A stretch of DNA of 64,000 nt from Mobula hypostoma. Its lineage: Eukaryota. Made by a program: the position numbers and the translations under genes. Under the pieces are notes generated by a model. That model was not told where the DNA came from. It ran no database searches and was given only the letters and a program-made list of their open reading frames with translations. The stretch spans positions 5,270,001-5,334,000 of the forward strand of contig NC_086108.1 in the NCBI RefSeq assembly GCF_963921235.1, given 5' to 3'. Numbering within the stretch: position 1 is the first letter of the stretch; each line of letters begins with the position of its first letter. Below, one piece after another: positions 36,045-47,660 of the stretch.

Positions 36045-38685
36045 GTGAGTTCTTCAGGAAGGCCAATGCAATGTTGACAAGTACTGAACATAAACCAGCG
36101 TTAGAGGTGATGAGAGGCACAGGTTGGGTGGACAGCCAGGGACGTTTTCCCAGGGCCAAAATGGCTTACACCAGGGAGCATAATGTTAAGGTGATTGGAG
36201 GAAAGAATAGGAGAGGATGTCAGAGATAGTTTTTTTTAACACAGAGAGTGGTAGGTGTGTGGGGCACCCTGCCAGAGTTTGTAGAGTCAGATACATTAGG
36301 GACGTTTAAGGAACCTGGAGGACCGGTGGACCACTCTTAGTCTGGCCTCTACGCTTTGACCTGCTTGGCATGGGTGACCCTACCAGGAGCCAAAGCACAA
36401 GACCCTGACTCCAGCCAACGTAGCTCTCCGGGTCATTGAGGCATGCAAAGCCTTCAAACCCTACGACGAGGTTGTGGTCCTCTTGGAGCTTATAGTAGAG
36501 TGGGTAACAGAAATTGGTCCTTACAGAATTCACAAATAACCACCAAAAATCAGGGCGGTGGAATAAAAAATTGCCCTAGTGTGGCCCTGTGGGCCCGATT
36601 TCTCACTGGTGTTGCTAACCGAAGGGTCGCAGGGAGCTGGAGCGTCGAGACAGCGGGTGTGGCTGTCAGAGGCCTCTCCACAGGTGATCGCTGTGGTAGG
36701 AGTGATATCTCTCCCTCTCCCTGTCTCCCCCTCTCCCCCTCTCCCCGTCTCCCTCCCTCCTTCCCTCCACCCAAGTCTCGAGTCAGCGGGACTCAAAATG
36801 AAAGCAGCGCTACGGACTGTAACATGGAAACAGCGACTGTTTGTCTCCCCTCTCACTGTGGAAGCGGTGATATCTGTCTCTCCCCTGTCAGTGAGAGAGA
36901 GGGCCTGTGGGATAGTGAACTGTTGGGATGAACAGTTAGTTTTTGATGGACTGCAGACCATGGTCTCTCCTTGGGACTGTGCTGGTGCTTGTAGGGTGGC
37001 TGGTGGGAATGGTGATGTTTTACGCTAGAATAAGTGGGGGGAGGGGAGGGTTGATGCTTTGCTGTTTCTTGTGCTGGGGGGGGTTCGGGGTTCTAACTCT
37101 TTCTGTCTTTTGGGTTTTTTTTCTGTTTCATGGATGTCTGTGGAGAGTAAGAGTTTCAGGTTATATATTGTATACGTTCCCTGATATTAAATTGAACCGT
37201 TGAACCATATGAAATTTATGGGGTCGGGATTGGAGGTAAACAAACAGAAACTTATTTTTTTCAACTTGTGTTTTTAAATGGACCTGCAGAGAACTTGACT
37301 TTGTGTTATCAGAATCAGACTTAATATCACTGATGTATGTCGTGAAATGTGTTGTCTTTGTGGCAGACCCGCTTTGAAATACATGATCATATAGAGAAAA
37401 AAATTAAAAATAAGCAAGTAAGTCAGTAAATCATTACAGTAAGTATATATTTGTATATTAAATAGTTAAATTAAAGATAGTGCAAAAACAGAAATAAAAA
37501 GTAGTGAGGTAGTGTCAGTGGATTCAATGTCCATTCAGGAATCGGATGGCAGAGGGGAAGATGCTGTTCCTGAATCACTGAGTGTGGGTCTTCAGGCTTC
37601 TGTACCCCCTCCCCAAAAAAAAAGCTTTTGACTGTAATGTAACCGGACTACAGCGTCATCAATCAGGGTTCAGTCCCCACCGTTGTCTGTCGGGGGTTTG
37701 CACGTTCTCCCCGTGACCACACGGGTTTCGTCCGGGTGCTCCAGTTTCCTGCCACATTCCAAAGACATACGGGTTAGGATTAGTAACATGGGTATTGGTG
37801 TGATGGCATCGGACACTTGGGGGCAGAGTTCGTTGTTGGCGCTGTTGGGCGTATTCTGGAGTTAGAGTATAAACCAAATGCTAATTGCAACAGGAACCAG
37901 TCTTCAGGCCTGAATGATTGTAGATGGAATTTAAAATGGAGCTCAGATCAGTGGTGTTCCTGGACTTGATTACAAAGCAGGAAGCACTCCGTTGACCTGA
38001 GATGACTGCTTATGCATGAATGCAGCTCAGAGAGAACAGTAATTAACATTCAAAATGCCGGGGGAACTCATTAAGAGAACATTCGCTTTAGTCACCATGT
38101 GTACATGGAAACATACAGTGAAATGTGTCATAAAACAACAGTCTGCAGATGTGCTGGGGGCAGATCACAATATTGCCACACTTCCGGCAGGTCAGGCAGC
38201 ATCTACGGAGGTGAATGCTAAACACCAGAGAGTCTCCAGATGCTGGGAATCTTGAGCGACACACACAAAACGCTGGAGGAACTCAGCAGGTCAGGCAGCA
38301 TCTACGGAAATGAATAAACAGGCGATGTTTTGGGCTGAGAGTCACAAAGAAGGGATCCACTCTGAAACGTCGACGGTTTATTCATCTCCATGGACGCTGC
38401 CTGACCTGCTGAGTTTCTCCAGCGTTTTGTGTGTGTTCCCAGCGCTGAATAAACAGTTGATGTTTCAGGCTGAAAGGAATTAGTTTATTATTGTCATCTT
38501 TACTGAGATATAGTGAAAGGTTTTTGGTTGCATGCCATCCAGACAGAATATTTCACACGTAGGACTATAGGACATGGGAGCAGAATTAGGCTACTTGGCC
38601 CATTGAGTCTGCTCTACCATTCTATCATAGCTGTTTTATTTTCCCTCTCAGCCCCATTCTCCTGCCTTCTCCCCTGCATAAGTAC

Positions 38686-39136
38686 TGTCGAGTATCTCTC
38701 CATGAAGTCTCACAAAACACAATAGCAACACTGCGTGGATCTTCATCAAGCACCTTCATTACTTGGAAGGGGAAAGTTCACGTCCACTCCCACCAGGGAT
38801 GGCTGGAGACTTCCAACAAAGCACTATTTTTATATATGAGAATGAGGCGAGGTTACTATTTCCTGCGAGCTCCGTCCATCCGATCATCAACCAACACATT
38901 TGTTGTCATCTGCCATCTGCGGCTGAGTTGTCTCTGCTACTTGCTTATCCTTGCACAATGTTCGGTCCACTGGGTGCTTGTAGTCGCGTATTCCTTTAGT
39001 GAGCACATTTCTTGTAGCTTCCTCTTACTACTTTAGTCACGTACATAGATTGCAACATATTAGCTTGGCAGTCTGGGGTTGTACAACTCCATTTTGTCAC
39101 ATCAAACAGTTACGAAGTTCAATGCATATTCCCACA
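38686..39136 (-). mobile_element. Possible solo LTR
   Basis: TGT...ACA ends, minus-strand TATATAAAAA near 38830, interrupts a LINE tail; flanks GTAC/ATAT are only a degenerate TSD. Confidence 0.4.
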
Positions 39137-40593
39137 ATATACAGAGGTGTACTTAGGAAAACAGAGCACAGAATAGCGTGTTACAGTTACAGAGAGAGTG
39201 CAGTGCAGGCAGACACACCAAGTTCAGGACCCACAACCATTCAGGAGCCTTATAACAGCTATCCCTAAGCCTGGAGGTACGTGTCTCAAACTTTTGGATC
39301 TTCTGCCCTTTGGGTGGTAGGAAAAGGGAGAAAACACTTGGAAATTTCTACAGATGTACCGTGGAGAATGTGCCATTCTAACTGGCTGCATCACCGTCTG
39401 GTTTGGGGGGGGGGTCTTCACTGCACAGCATCAAAGTAAGCTGCAGAGAGTTGTAAAATTAGTCAGCTCCATCATGGGCACCAGCCTCCATAGTATCCAG
39501 GACATCTTCAAGGAGCAATGCCTCAAAAAGGCAGCATCCATCATTAATGACCCCAATCACCCAGGACATGCCCTCTTCTCATTGCTACCATCAGGAAGGA
39601 GCTACAGGAGCCTGAAAACACACACTCAATGATTCAGGAACAGCTTCTTCCCCTCTGCCATCCGATTTCTGAATGGACATTGAACCCATGAACACTACCT
39701 CACCACTTTTTTAAAAATTTCTATTTTTGTACTACTTATTTAACTGTTTAATATATATAGTTCCTGTAATTCCGTTTTTTAAATCTATTATCATGTATGG
39801 CAATGTACTGCTGCTGCAAATTTAAAACTTTCATGACATATGCCGATGATATTAAACCTGATTCTGATGTCTGGGCTGGGAGAGGTCTTTAGCTGCTTTC
39901 TCGAGGCAGAACGAATCATTAGAAGGGAGGCTGGTTTCCGTGACGGGCTGAGCTTTTGTGGACTGAAGCTCCCAGTCAGATATTCCTACAGGGTGGGTGT
40001 GCATTCGATCTGGGGCGACGATATCCTCAGAATTGGAATCAGTTTTATTCCTAGGACAGAGTCAGTGTGTGTTCAATTTGGGGCGACGATATCCTCAGAA
40101 TTGGAATCAGTTTTGTCATCACTAACGTGTCGTGAAATTTGTTGTTTTGTGGCAGCAGTACAGAGCAAAAGTATTTTTTTTAAATACTTTGCGTTTCATT
40201 AAGAAATGCATAAAAATAAATAAGTAATGCAAAACAAGAGGAAAGAAGTGATGTTATGTTTGTCCATTCAGAAATCTGAAGGCAGAGGAGAAGGAACTGT
40301 TCCTAACGTATTGAGTGTGTGTCTTCAGGCCCCTGTTCCATGTCCCTGATGGTAGCAGTGAGAAGAGGGCACGTCCTGGGTGGTGGGGGCCCATAATGAT
40401 GGATGCCACCTTGAGGCTCTGCTTTTTGAAGCTGTCTTCGTCGGTGGGGAGGCTAATGCCCATGGTGGAGCTGGCTGAATTTACAACTCTCTGTGGTCTT
40501 TTCCGATCAATCCCACGTATTCGGGTGTTGAAGTTTTCAGGGTGCTTGCGTTTGCTGATCTCCGACCATACGTTTGCTTTTTGACGTTCGCAG

Positions 40594-40706
40594 GTTGAAG
40601 TCTCTGGGAGATGGCAGCAAGTTCTGGTCATCCAGTGCCCCAAGTTTGGGGAAAAGCCCCCGGCACCTTCCCATTACAATGGGATTCGCGAGTCTCACCG
40701 AGATGG
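40594..40706 (+). CDS. MAP3K10: MAP3K10 exon 8 (not in the ORF track)
   Basis: ttcgcag|...|gtaagt; [37 protein letters not shown]. Confidence 0.94.
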
Positions 40707-43700
40707 GTAAGTACTCAAGCACATGCTTAAACTGAGAGGTCGAGAAATCGCGACTCTCCCCGCAGTTGGGTGCTTCAGGAACACAGGACAAGGTTGGCGG
40801 GATGGTGCACAAACAGGGAAATTTACCGGGCTTCCTGAGGGTGGATTCCTGCTGGGGAAAGACTTGGGAAGAGGTGGGATGAGACTGGTCTGGAGATCTT
40901 CCATTCACAACCTAGGCGCATGCCCAGCATCTTCCATTCAACGAAGTCTCCTGTTTTGAGATTGAAGGGTAGAAGGCAAGACACAAAATGAGATCACAAA
41001 AATCAGCAAAGCCAATCATGACCGCATCATCAGAAACAGAATCAGGTTTAATATCACTGACGTGAAATCTGTGGTTTTGTGGCAGTACAGTGAAATGCAT
41101 AAAATACTATCAATTACAATAAAAATAGACAGTATAAAAATAGCACAAAAAAGAGAAAATTAATAAGTGTCCATGGGCCATTCAGAAATCTGATGGCAGT
41201 GGACAAGAAGTCATTCCTAAAATGTTGAGTGAGTGCTGTTAAGCTTCTGTACCTCCTCCCTGATGGTAGCAATGAGAAGGGGGCTTGTCCTGGGTGATGG
41301 GGGTTCATGATGGATGCTGCCTGCTAGAGGCACCGTTCTCTGAAGATGTCCTGGATGCTGGGGCGGCTCGTGCCCATGATGGAGCTGACTGAGTTCGCAA
41401 ACCTCTGCAGCTTTTTTTCCGATTTGCACCTCCATACCAGATGGTGATACAACCAATCAGAAGGCACTCCACAGTACTTGTGCCATTGCCATTTAGGGCA
41501 GCAGTGAAGGAACCCCATCTCCATCTGTCCATACACAGATAAAGGAGGATTCTTCACTGCTCTTGTTTATTGACCAGTCAGGGTTGTTGGCCCTGAGCTG
41601 ACCCCTCAAACCTGGAGGACCGGCTGACCACTCTGAATGTGGCCTCTACCCTTTGACGTGGGTGACCCTACCAAGGGCCAAAGCATAAAGCTCTGACTCC
41701 AGCCAACATAGTCCTCCAGGTCATTGAGGCACACGAGCCTCCAAACCCAGTGAAATGGTCGTGATCCTCTTGGAGGACTCCACAGTACATCTGTAGAAAT
41801 TTGCTAGAGTCTTTGGTGACATACCAAATCTTCTCAAACTCCTCATGAACTATAGCAGCTGGCATGTCTTCATAATTGGGTTGATACGTTGGGGATGTTA
41901 TTGAGAGGTGACTGTATAAGCCCGAGAGAGAACTCCCCTCCTCCTCCTCCTTGCTCAAACATACCAAAATCCAGAGAGGTGACACATCCACCAGAATATT
42001 TGACACCCATCTAACTCAATCAGTTATACAGCTCTTCAAATCGTCCATACTGACCATAGTGTCCATCTCAGCCAGTTCCCTTTGCCTCTCTCTGTTGCCC
42101 ACACACCTGCCCAAATGCCTTTTAACTATTGTTGGGAGTTATTCCACAGGGAAACACCAACTGGTCCTTGTGGAAATGAACAGTCCTGACAAAGGGTCTC
42201 AGCCCGAAACGTTGACTGCTTGTTTCCACGTATGCTGCCCGACCTGCTGAGTTCCTCCAGCGTTTTGTAGGAGGATACAAGATGGATGGGCGGGATCCGT
42301 CATAATACCTAGGGCCCTGCATATGCAGCCCTCCTGATAGATGCCCCCAGTGAATTATCGAGAGACCCTTATGATCCTCTCGGCCGTTCTTACCGTCCTT
42401 TGTAGAGACTTCCGATCTGATGTTCGGCTGCTCCCAGACCAGATGGAGATGAGTTTGTCAGGATGCTCTCCATGGTGCTCCTGCAAAATTCAGTTAAAAT
42501 AGGGGTCCCTGTGGTCCTGGTGATTTTATACACCTTGATAAGGCCACTGCTTGGTCCTCTAAACTCCTAGGAATAGAGTCCTAACCTGCCCAACCTGTCC
42601 CTCAAGTCCCTGGTGAAGTTCTATCGAACTTCTGTCCACCCTTTAATGACATAACGTCTGACCAGCTTGTGGTCCTGTTTGGACCAGGTTAGGCAGGGAT
42701 GAGTTTTAAGTTGATACCCTGACAGACCCCCTGTGTACCAGAATGGCGTTGCCACCCCTCCTGAGTCCCCGTCTCCTGGGGAGAGACAGTAAGGCACGGC
42801 AGCAGGACTGGGCCCTTTGGCCGTCAACGTGCAGGTAAATCTTCTCATGTCCTGAAGTCTGAGCTTGGCACGGTAACCCTCAACATAGTCTCCCTTTCGC
42901 CCAGAGGGAGTGTCGGGTTCTGATGCTTTTAATCCAAGGTTCTTTGTATTTTCTAGAGGCACAAAACTTGGCACTTCACGATCGTTTTATTAAGCACTAA
43001 TAGAACAAAGAAAATTGGAAACATAGAGAAGGAGAGGTCTAGTAGAGGAAGGAAAAGCAGAAGCGATGTAGCGGGCCAACGTGTTCAACTCTTTTTATAC
43101 CATAGATAAGAAACATTCCATTCAAATTTGTAGATAAGAATTTTTTTTTCTTGTACTCTGTATTCTTATATATATATAAATTAATAAAAATATTGGAATA
43201 AAAAAATTAACCAATCAGACAGCCCCTCTTCAAATAATTGAATGCCAGAGAACATTCATACAGAATTGTAACCACAACAGGGTACACTGAACAATTGCAC
43301 ATACATATGGTGACCATTAGGAAGCATACTACACAGTTACGTGCATTTGGGTTCTCTTGTTCGTTACGTGCCATGTCTTATGACGTGGGCGATCATGGTC
43401 TTTCCATGACCATGATTATTCTTGGCAAATTTTTCTACAGAAGTGGTTTGCCATTGGCTTTACAAAAAGGGTGACCCCAGCCATTATCAATACTCTTCAG
43501 AGACTGTCTGCCTGGGGCCAGTGGTCGCATAACCAGGACTTGTGATCTGCACCAGCTGCTCATACGACCATCCACCACCTGCTCCCATAGCTTCACGTGA
43601 CCCTGTTCGGGGTGGAGGGGAGGGGTGTCTAAGGGGGTGCTGCTCCTTGCCCAAGATGACCTGCAGGCTAGTGGAGGGATGGAGTGCCTTACACCTCCTT

Positions 43701-43950
43701 TGGTAAAGACACATCTTCCCCACCCGGCCACCCAACTGGTAGTTATATAAAATGCAAGCAGACAATTAATTGTTAAACTGCAAAGAAAATAACGAAGAGT
43801 AATTGGCTGCAAAGTTCTTGGGAAGGCCTCGTCAGAGATGGGAGCACAGGCAGGATCTGCATTTTGTTCAGGGGTGGGTTGGCTGCTGATTAACGAGCTG
43901 CGAGCGTGTCTCCCCTCACCCACTCACTCTCTCCCTCCGTCTCTCCGCAG

Positions 43951-44652
43951 AGGGCCTGACTCCCAGCACAGGAGGATCCCAGCGCCCACTCCAGTCTCCA
44001 GGCCTCCAGGACAGCGAGGGGAGCACGGCAGAGGAGTGCCCGACCCTACTGCCAGGGTTGGGGGACAGCCCGAGCCGGGGCGCCCATCGGCGGAGGAGGG
44101 ATCTGGCGCTCCTGGGCTGCGCCAGCATCCTGAGCTCGGTGGGGCTAGGCCTCGACCTGCTGGAGCTGGGCCGGCAGCAGTCCGCACAGGAGGAACAGGA
44201 GGCCCGGGAGGAACGACGCAGGCCCGAGGGCCTCTTCCAGTGGGGAGGCCGCAGCCGCTGCTCGAGCAGTCCCAGCCGCCGGCCCTCGGCCTTGCCTTCT
44301 CTGGAGGTCTCCTCCTCCGTCACCCTCCTCTCCCTCTCCTCCTTCTCCGACTGTAACTCCACTCGCTCCCTGCTGCGCTCCGACAGCGAGGAGGGCGGTG
44401 GAGGGGGCCAGGAGGAGGGGTCGCAGAGTACCACTGCCCCCCGTGGCAACCCGCTGGTGGACCTGGCTGCCGAGAGCTTCAAAAAGGAGCCTGGGCTGTC
44501 CCTCACCCCCACCCATGTCAGCGCTGCCTCCGCCGTCAGCCACCGGCACAGGAGGATCCCGTCGGACGGCGCGATCCGTCAGCCCCCGGCACCGGGGCGG
44601 GCGCACAGGAGGACTCCATCAGATGGCAGTTCACAGGACCTGACAGGAGCAG
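43951..44652 (+). CDS. MAP3K10: MAP3K10 exon 9: large Ser/Pro-rich exon
   Basis: ctccgcag|...|gtaagc; EGLTPSTGG...HRRRRDLALLGCASILSSVGLG...TLLSLSSFSDCNSTRSLLRSDS...NPLVDLAAESFKKEPGLSLTPTHV...HRRTPSDG. Confidence 0.92.
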
Positions 44653-46199
44653 GTAAGCGACTGGGTCCATTTCTTCCACCGCCTCGCACTCCCCTCACAC
44701 CCCTTCCTTTCCTCCCCAACCTCGGCGTCTCCCCCCATCCCTCCTTCCTTCTCCCGTCTTTCTTTGCCCTTTCCCACTCCTCACTCCACCCTCCTCCGCA
44801 CCATTTCCTTTCCCTCCTCCTACCATCCCTCTTCCCTCACCATCCTCCCCAAGCTTGCCCCCTCCTTGTCTCCCCAAAACCCAACCCCCTCACCCCTCCT
44901 TCCCTTCCCTCCCTCGCCCTACTCCCCTCTTCGGGCCCCCTTTTTCTCCCCCTTGCTTTCCTTCCATCACATCCCAACCCCTCACCTCCTCTCCAAGTCC
45001 TGCCCCATCCTCTTCCCCCTCACCCTTCCACCCTCTCCCCTCCAACCTACCCCTCACCCTCCCCCTCACTTACCCCTCCTCTCCCACCCTCTTCCTCTCC
45101 TTCCTCCTGAACCTCTCCGAAATTGGATGGCAGAGGGAAAGAAGCTGTTCCTGAATCATTGAGTGTGTGTGGCAATGAGGAGAGGGCATGTCCTGGGTGC
45201 AGGGGAGTGGGGGGCGGTGACGGGGGTCCATAATGACAGATGCCGCCTTTCTGAGGCGTTGCCTTTTGAAGATGATCTTGATACTGGGGAGGCTGGTGCC
45301 CACAATGGAGATGGCAGAGTTGACAACACTCTGCGGCTTTTTCCGGTCCTGTGCGTCGGTGCCTCTAAACCTAAGTTCAAAGTATGTGTGTATGTATGTA
45401 TGTGTGTGTATATATATATCAAAGTGTATATATATCAGCACGTACATCCCTGAGATTTGCTTTCTTGCCGGTATTGTTCATTAAGTCCAAGAACCACAAT
45501 ATTCTATGAAAGACCACACCCAATAGGGCAGACAACCACAATGCAAAAGACTGTAAATACAAAGGAAGAAAAAATAATAATAATAAAGAAATAAGCAATA
45601 AATATGGAGAGCATGAGCTGAAGAGTTCATGAATGTGAATCCATACGTTGTGGGAACATTTCGATGATGTGACAAGTGAAGTTATCCTGTTTAGTTCAGG
45701 AGCCTGATGGCTGAGGGGTAATAGCTGTTCCTGATCCTGGTGATGTGAATCCTGAGGCTCCTGTACCACCTTCCTGGTGGCAGCAGCGAGAAGAGAGCCT
45801 GGCCTGATGCTGGGCAGGCTGGAGGAAATATGCCCCTGTGGATCCTCGATCCCGAGGACCAGGATGCTGAGTCACTGGCTTTGGTGTTTGGAAACTGGAG
45901 GATTTGGTAAGGTCAAGAAGGGAAGGGAATGACCCCTAGGCAGGTCGCGACGAGAGCTCAATCCCAGCCTCCAGCGCTATCTGTGTGTGAGGTCAGCAAG
46001 TTCTACTTGTGACCAGGTGGATTCCCCCGGGTGCTCTGGTTCCCTCCCACGTCCCACGACGTGTGGTACCACTGAGATGATTGGTCGCTGTAAACTTCCC
46101 TTGTGGGTGTCCAGAGAGTCAGGGTGTTACTGGGCAGCTGTTAGAAAATGGGTCGCAGTGATATAAGTGGGGTGGGGAAATAGGGCTGACGGGATTGGT

Positions 46200-46565
46200 C
46201 AGCACTGGCCAATGGTCCAACTAGTCTTCAGCTCTGGCCAATGGTCCATATGGTCATCAGCTCTGGCTAATGGTCCAAGTAGTCTTCAGCTCTGACCAAT
46301 GATCTGTATGGTCATCAGCTCTGACCAGTGGTCCCAGTGGTCATCAGCTCTGGTCAGTGGTCCCAATGGCCATCAGCTCTGACCAATGGTCCCAATGGTC
46401 ATCAGCTCTGGCCAGTGGTCTGTATGGTCATCAGCTCTAGCCAATGGTCCCAATGGTCATCAGATCTGGCCAATGGTCTGTATGGTCATCAGCTCTGGCC
46501 AGTGGTCCGTATGGTCATCAGCTCTGGCCAATGGTCATCAGCTTTGACCAGAAGTCCCAATGACC
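46200..46565. repeat. 29-bp minisatellite (CTCTGGCCAATGGTCCRTATGGTCATCAG), about 12 units
   Basis: Directly visible; starts at the tail of a SINE copy. Confidence 0.9.
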
Positions 46566-47004
46566 TTCACAGTAAAGAAATAAAAATGAGAATGGTGCCT
46601 TTAGGGGCAGAACAGGCTGGAGGGGCACAATGGTTGGCAAAACACTTTACAGCAGCAACGATCGGGTTCAAATCCCACCGCTGTCTGTAAGGAGTTTGAA
46701 GGAGTCCGCGTAGGTTTCCGCTGTGTGCTGCAGTTTCCTCCCACATTCCAAAGACATACGGTTTGGGAATATTGCGTTATGGGCGTGCTATGTTGGCTCG
46801 AGAAGCGTGGCGACACTTGCAGGCTGCCTCCAGCACATCCTCAGACTGTGTTGGTCATTGATGCAAACACCACGTTTGGCAGTACATGTGACAAATAAAG
46901 ATAATCTGTATCATATTTGGGATCTGATGTCCGTCCCGGTTAGTTGGCCACTGAGCTACTATCCACCACAGTGCACTTACCTTGTCTTCTCTTTCCTTCC
47001 CAAG

Positions 47005-47435
47005 GCTCTCTGAAGGATCCCTCGGAGATCCCTCGACTCCCGGACCCTGCCTCCTTCCTATCCCCCATCCTGCGGCAGAAGGCCTCGGACAAGAACGCGG
47101 CGCTGGAGAGGCCAAAGACACTGGAGTTTGCACCCAGACCCAGGCCTTCGGCGGGGAGGCCCCGGATCGACCCCTGGCGTTTCGTCTCCCTCAGCCGGAC
47201 CCTCAGCTCTTCACCAGCCAGCAGCACCGAGACACCCAGCAACACCGACTCTGGCGGCAGCGCAACTGACGAGAGACTCTGTCCCTCCGGTCTATCCGGC
47301 TCGGACACGGGACGCAGCCTGCTGGACACGGACATGGAAGGGCAGACAGCGGACGGGACGCTGCCTCTCTGCCGAGCTGATCTGGCTCCCCACAAGGAGT
47401 CTATCTACAGCGTGGAGGAGGGTCATATGCGTTGA
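47005..47435 (+). CDS. MAP3K10: MAP3K10 exon 10 (last coding exon, ends TGA)
   Basis: ttcccaag|; GSLKDPSEIPRLPDP...LERPKTLEFAPRPRP...RPRIDPWRFVS...LLDTDMEGQTADGTLPLC...EEGHMR*. Confidence 0.93.
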
Positions 47436-47499
47436 GACCACCAGGCCCCAAACACGTTGCCCCTGGCAACCAGCTACTTAATTTGTGGCACCTTGGCAT

Positions 47500-47660
47500 G
47501 TTGCTGGGATTGGTGTTTTGATTGGGCGGCTTACGCCACTGACAGGATTTGGCATTCTGATTGGGTGGCTCATACCACTGACAAGATCTAGTGTTCTGAT
47601 TGGGTGGCTCAAATCCTTGACCATAAATTGGCAGGATCCTCTGTTCTGATTGGGCAGCAC
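47500..47660. repeat. Degenerate 39-bp repeat (TTCTGATTGGGTGGCT..CCACTGACA.GAT) just after the stop codon
   Basis: 3-4 units; antisense ORF repeats PPNQN every 13 aa. Confidence 0.75.

Noticed and set aside
39995..40115. About 50-bp direct duplication (similar small duplications at 20785-20900 and 32591-32644)
   Set aside because: Two-copy local duplications at LINE edges with no further structure; most simply slippage or insertion by-products.
44653..45162. Pro/Leu/Ser-rich extension of ORF 44058-45110
   Set aside because: Read-through past a strong GTAAGC donor at 44653 into a low-complexity pyrimidine tract.
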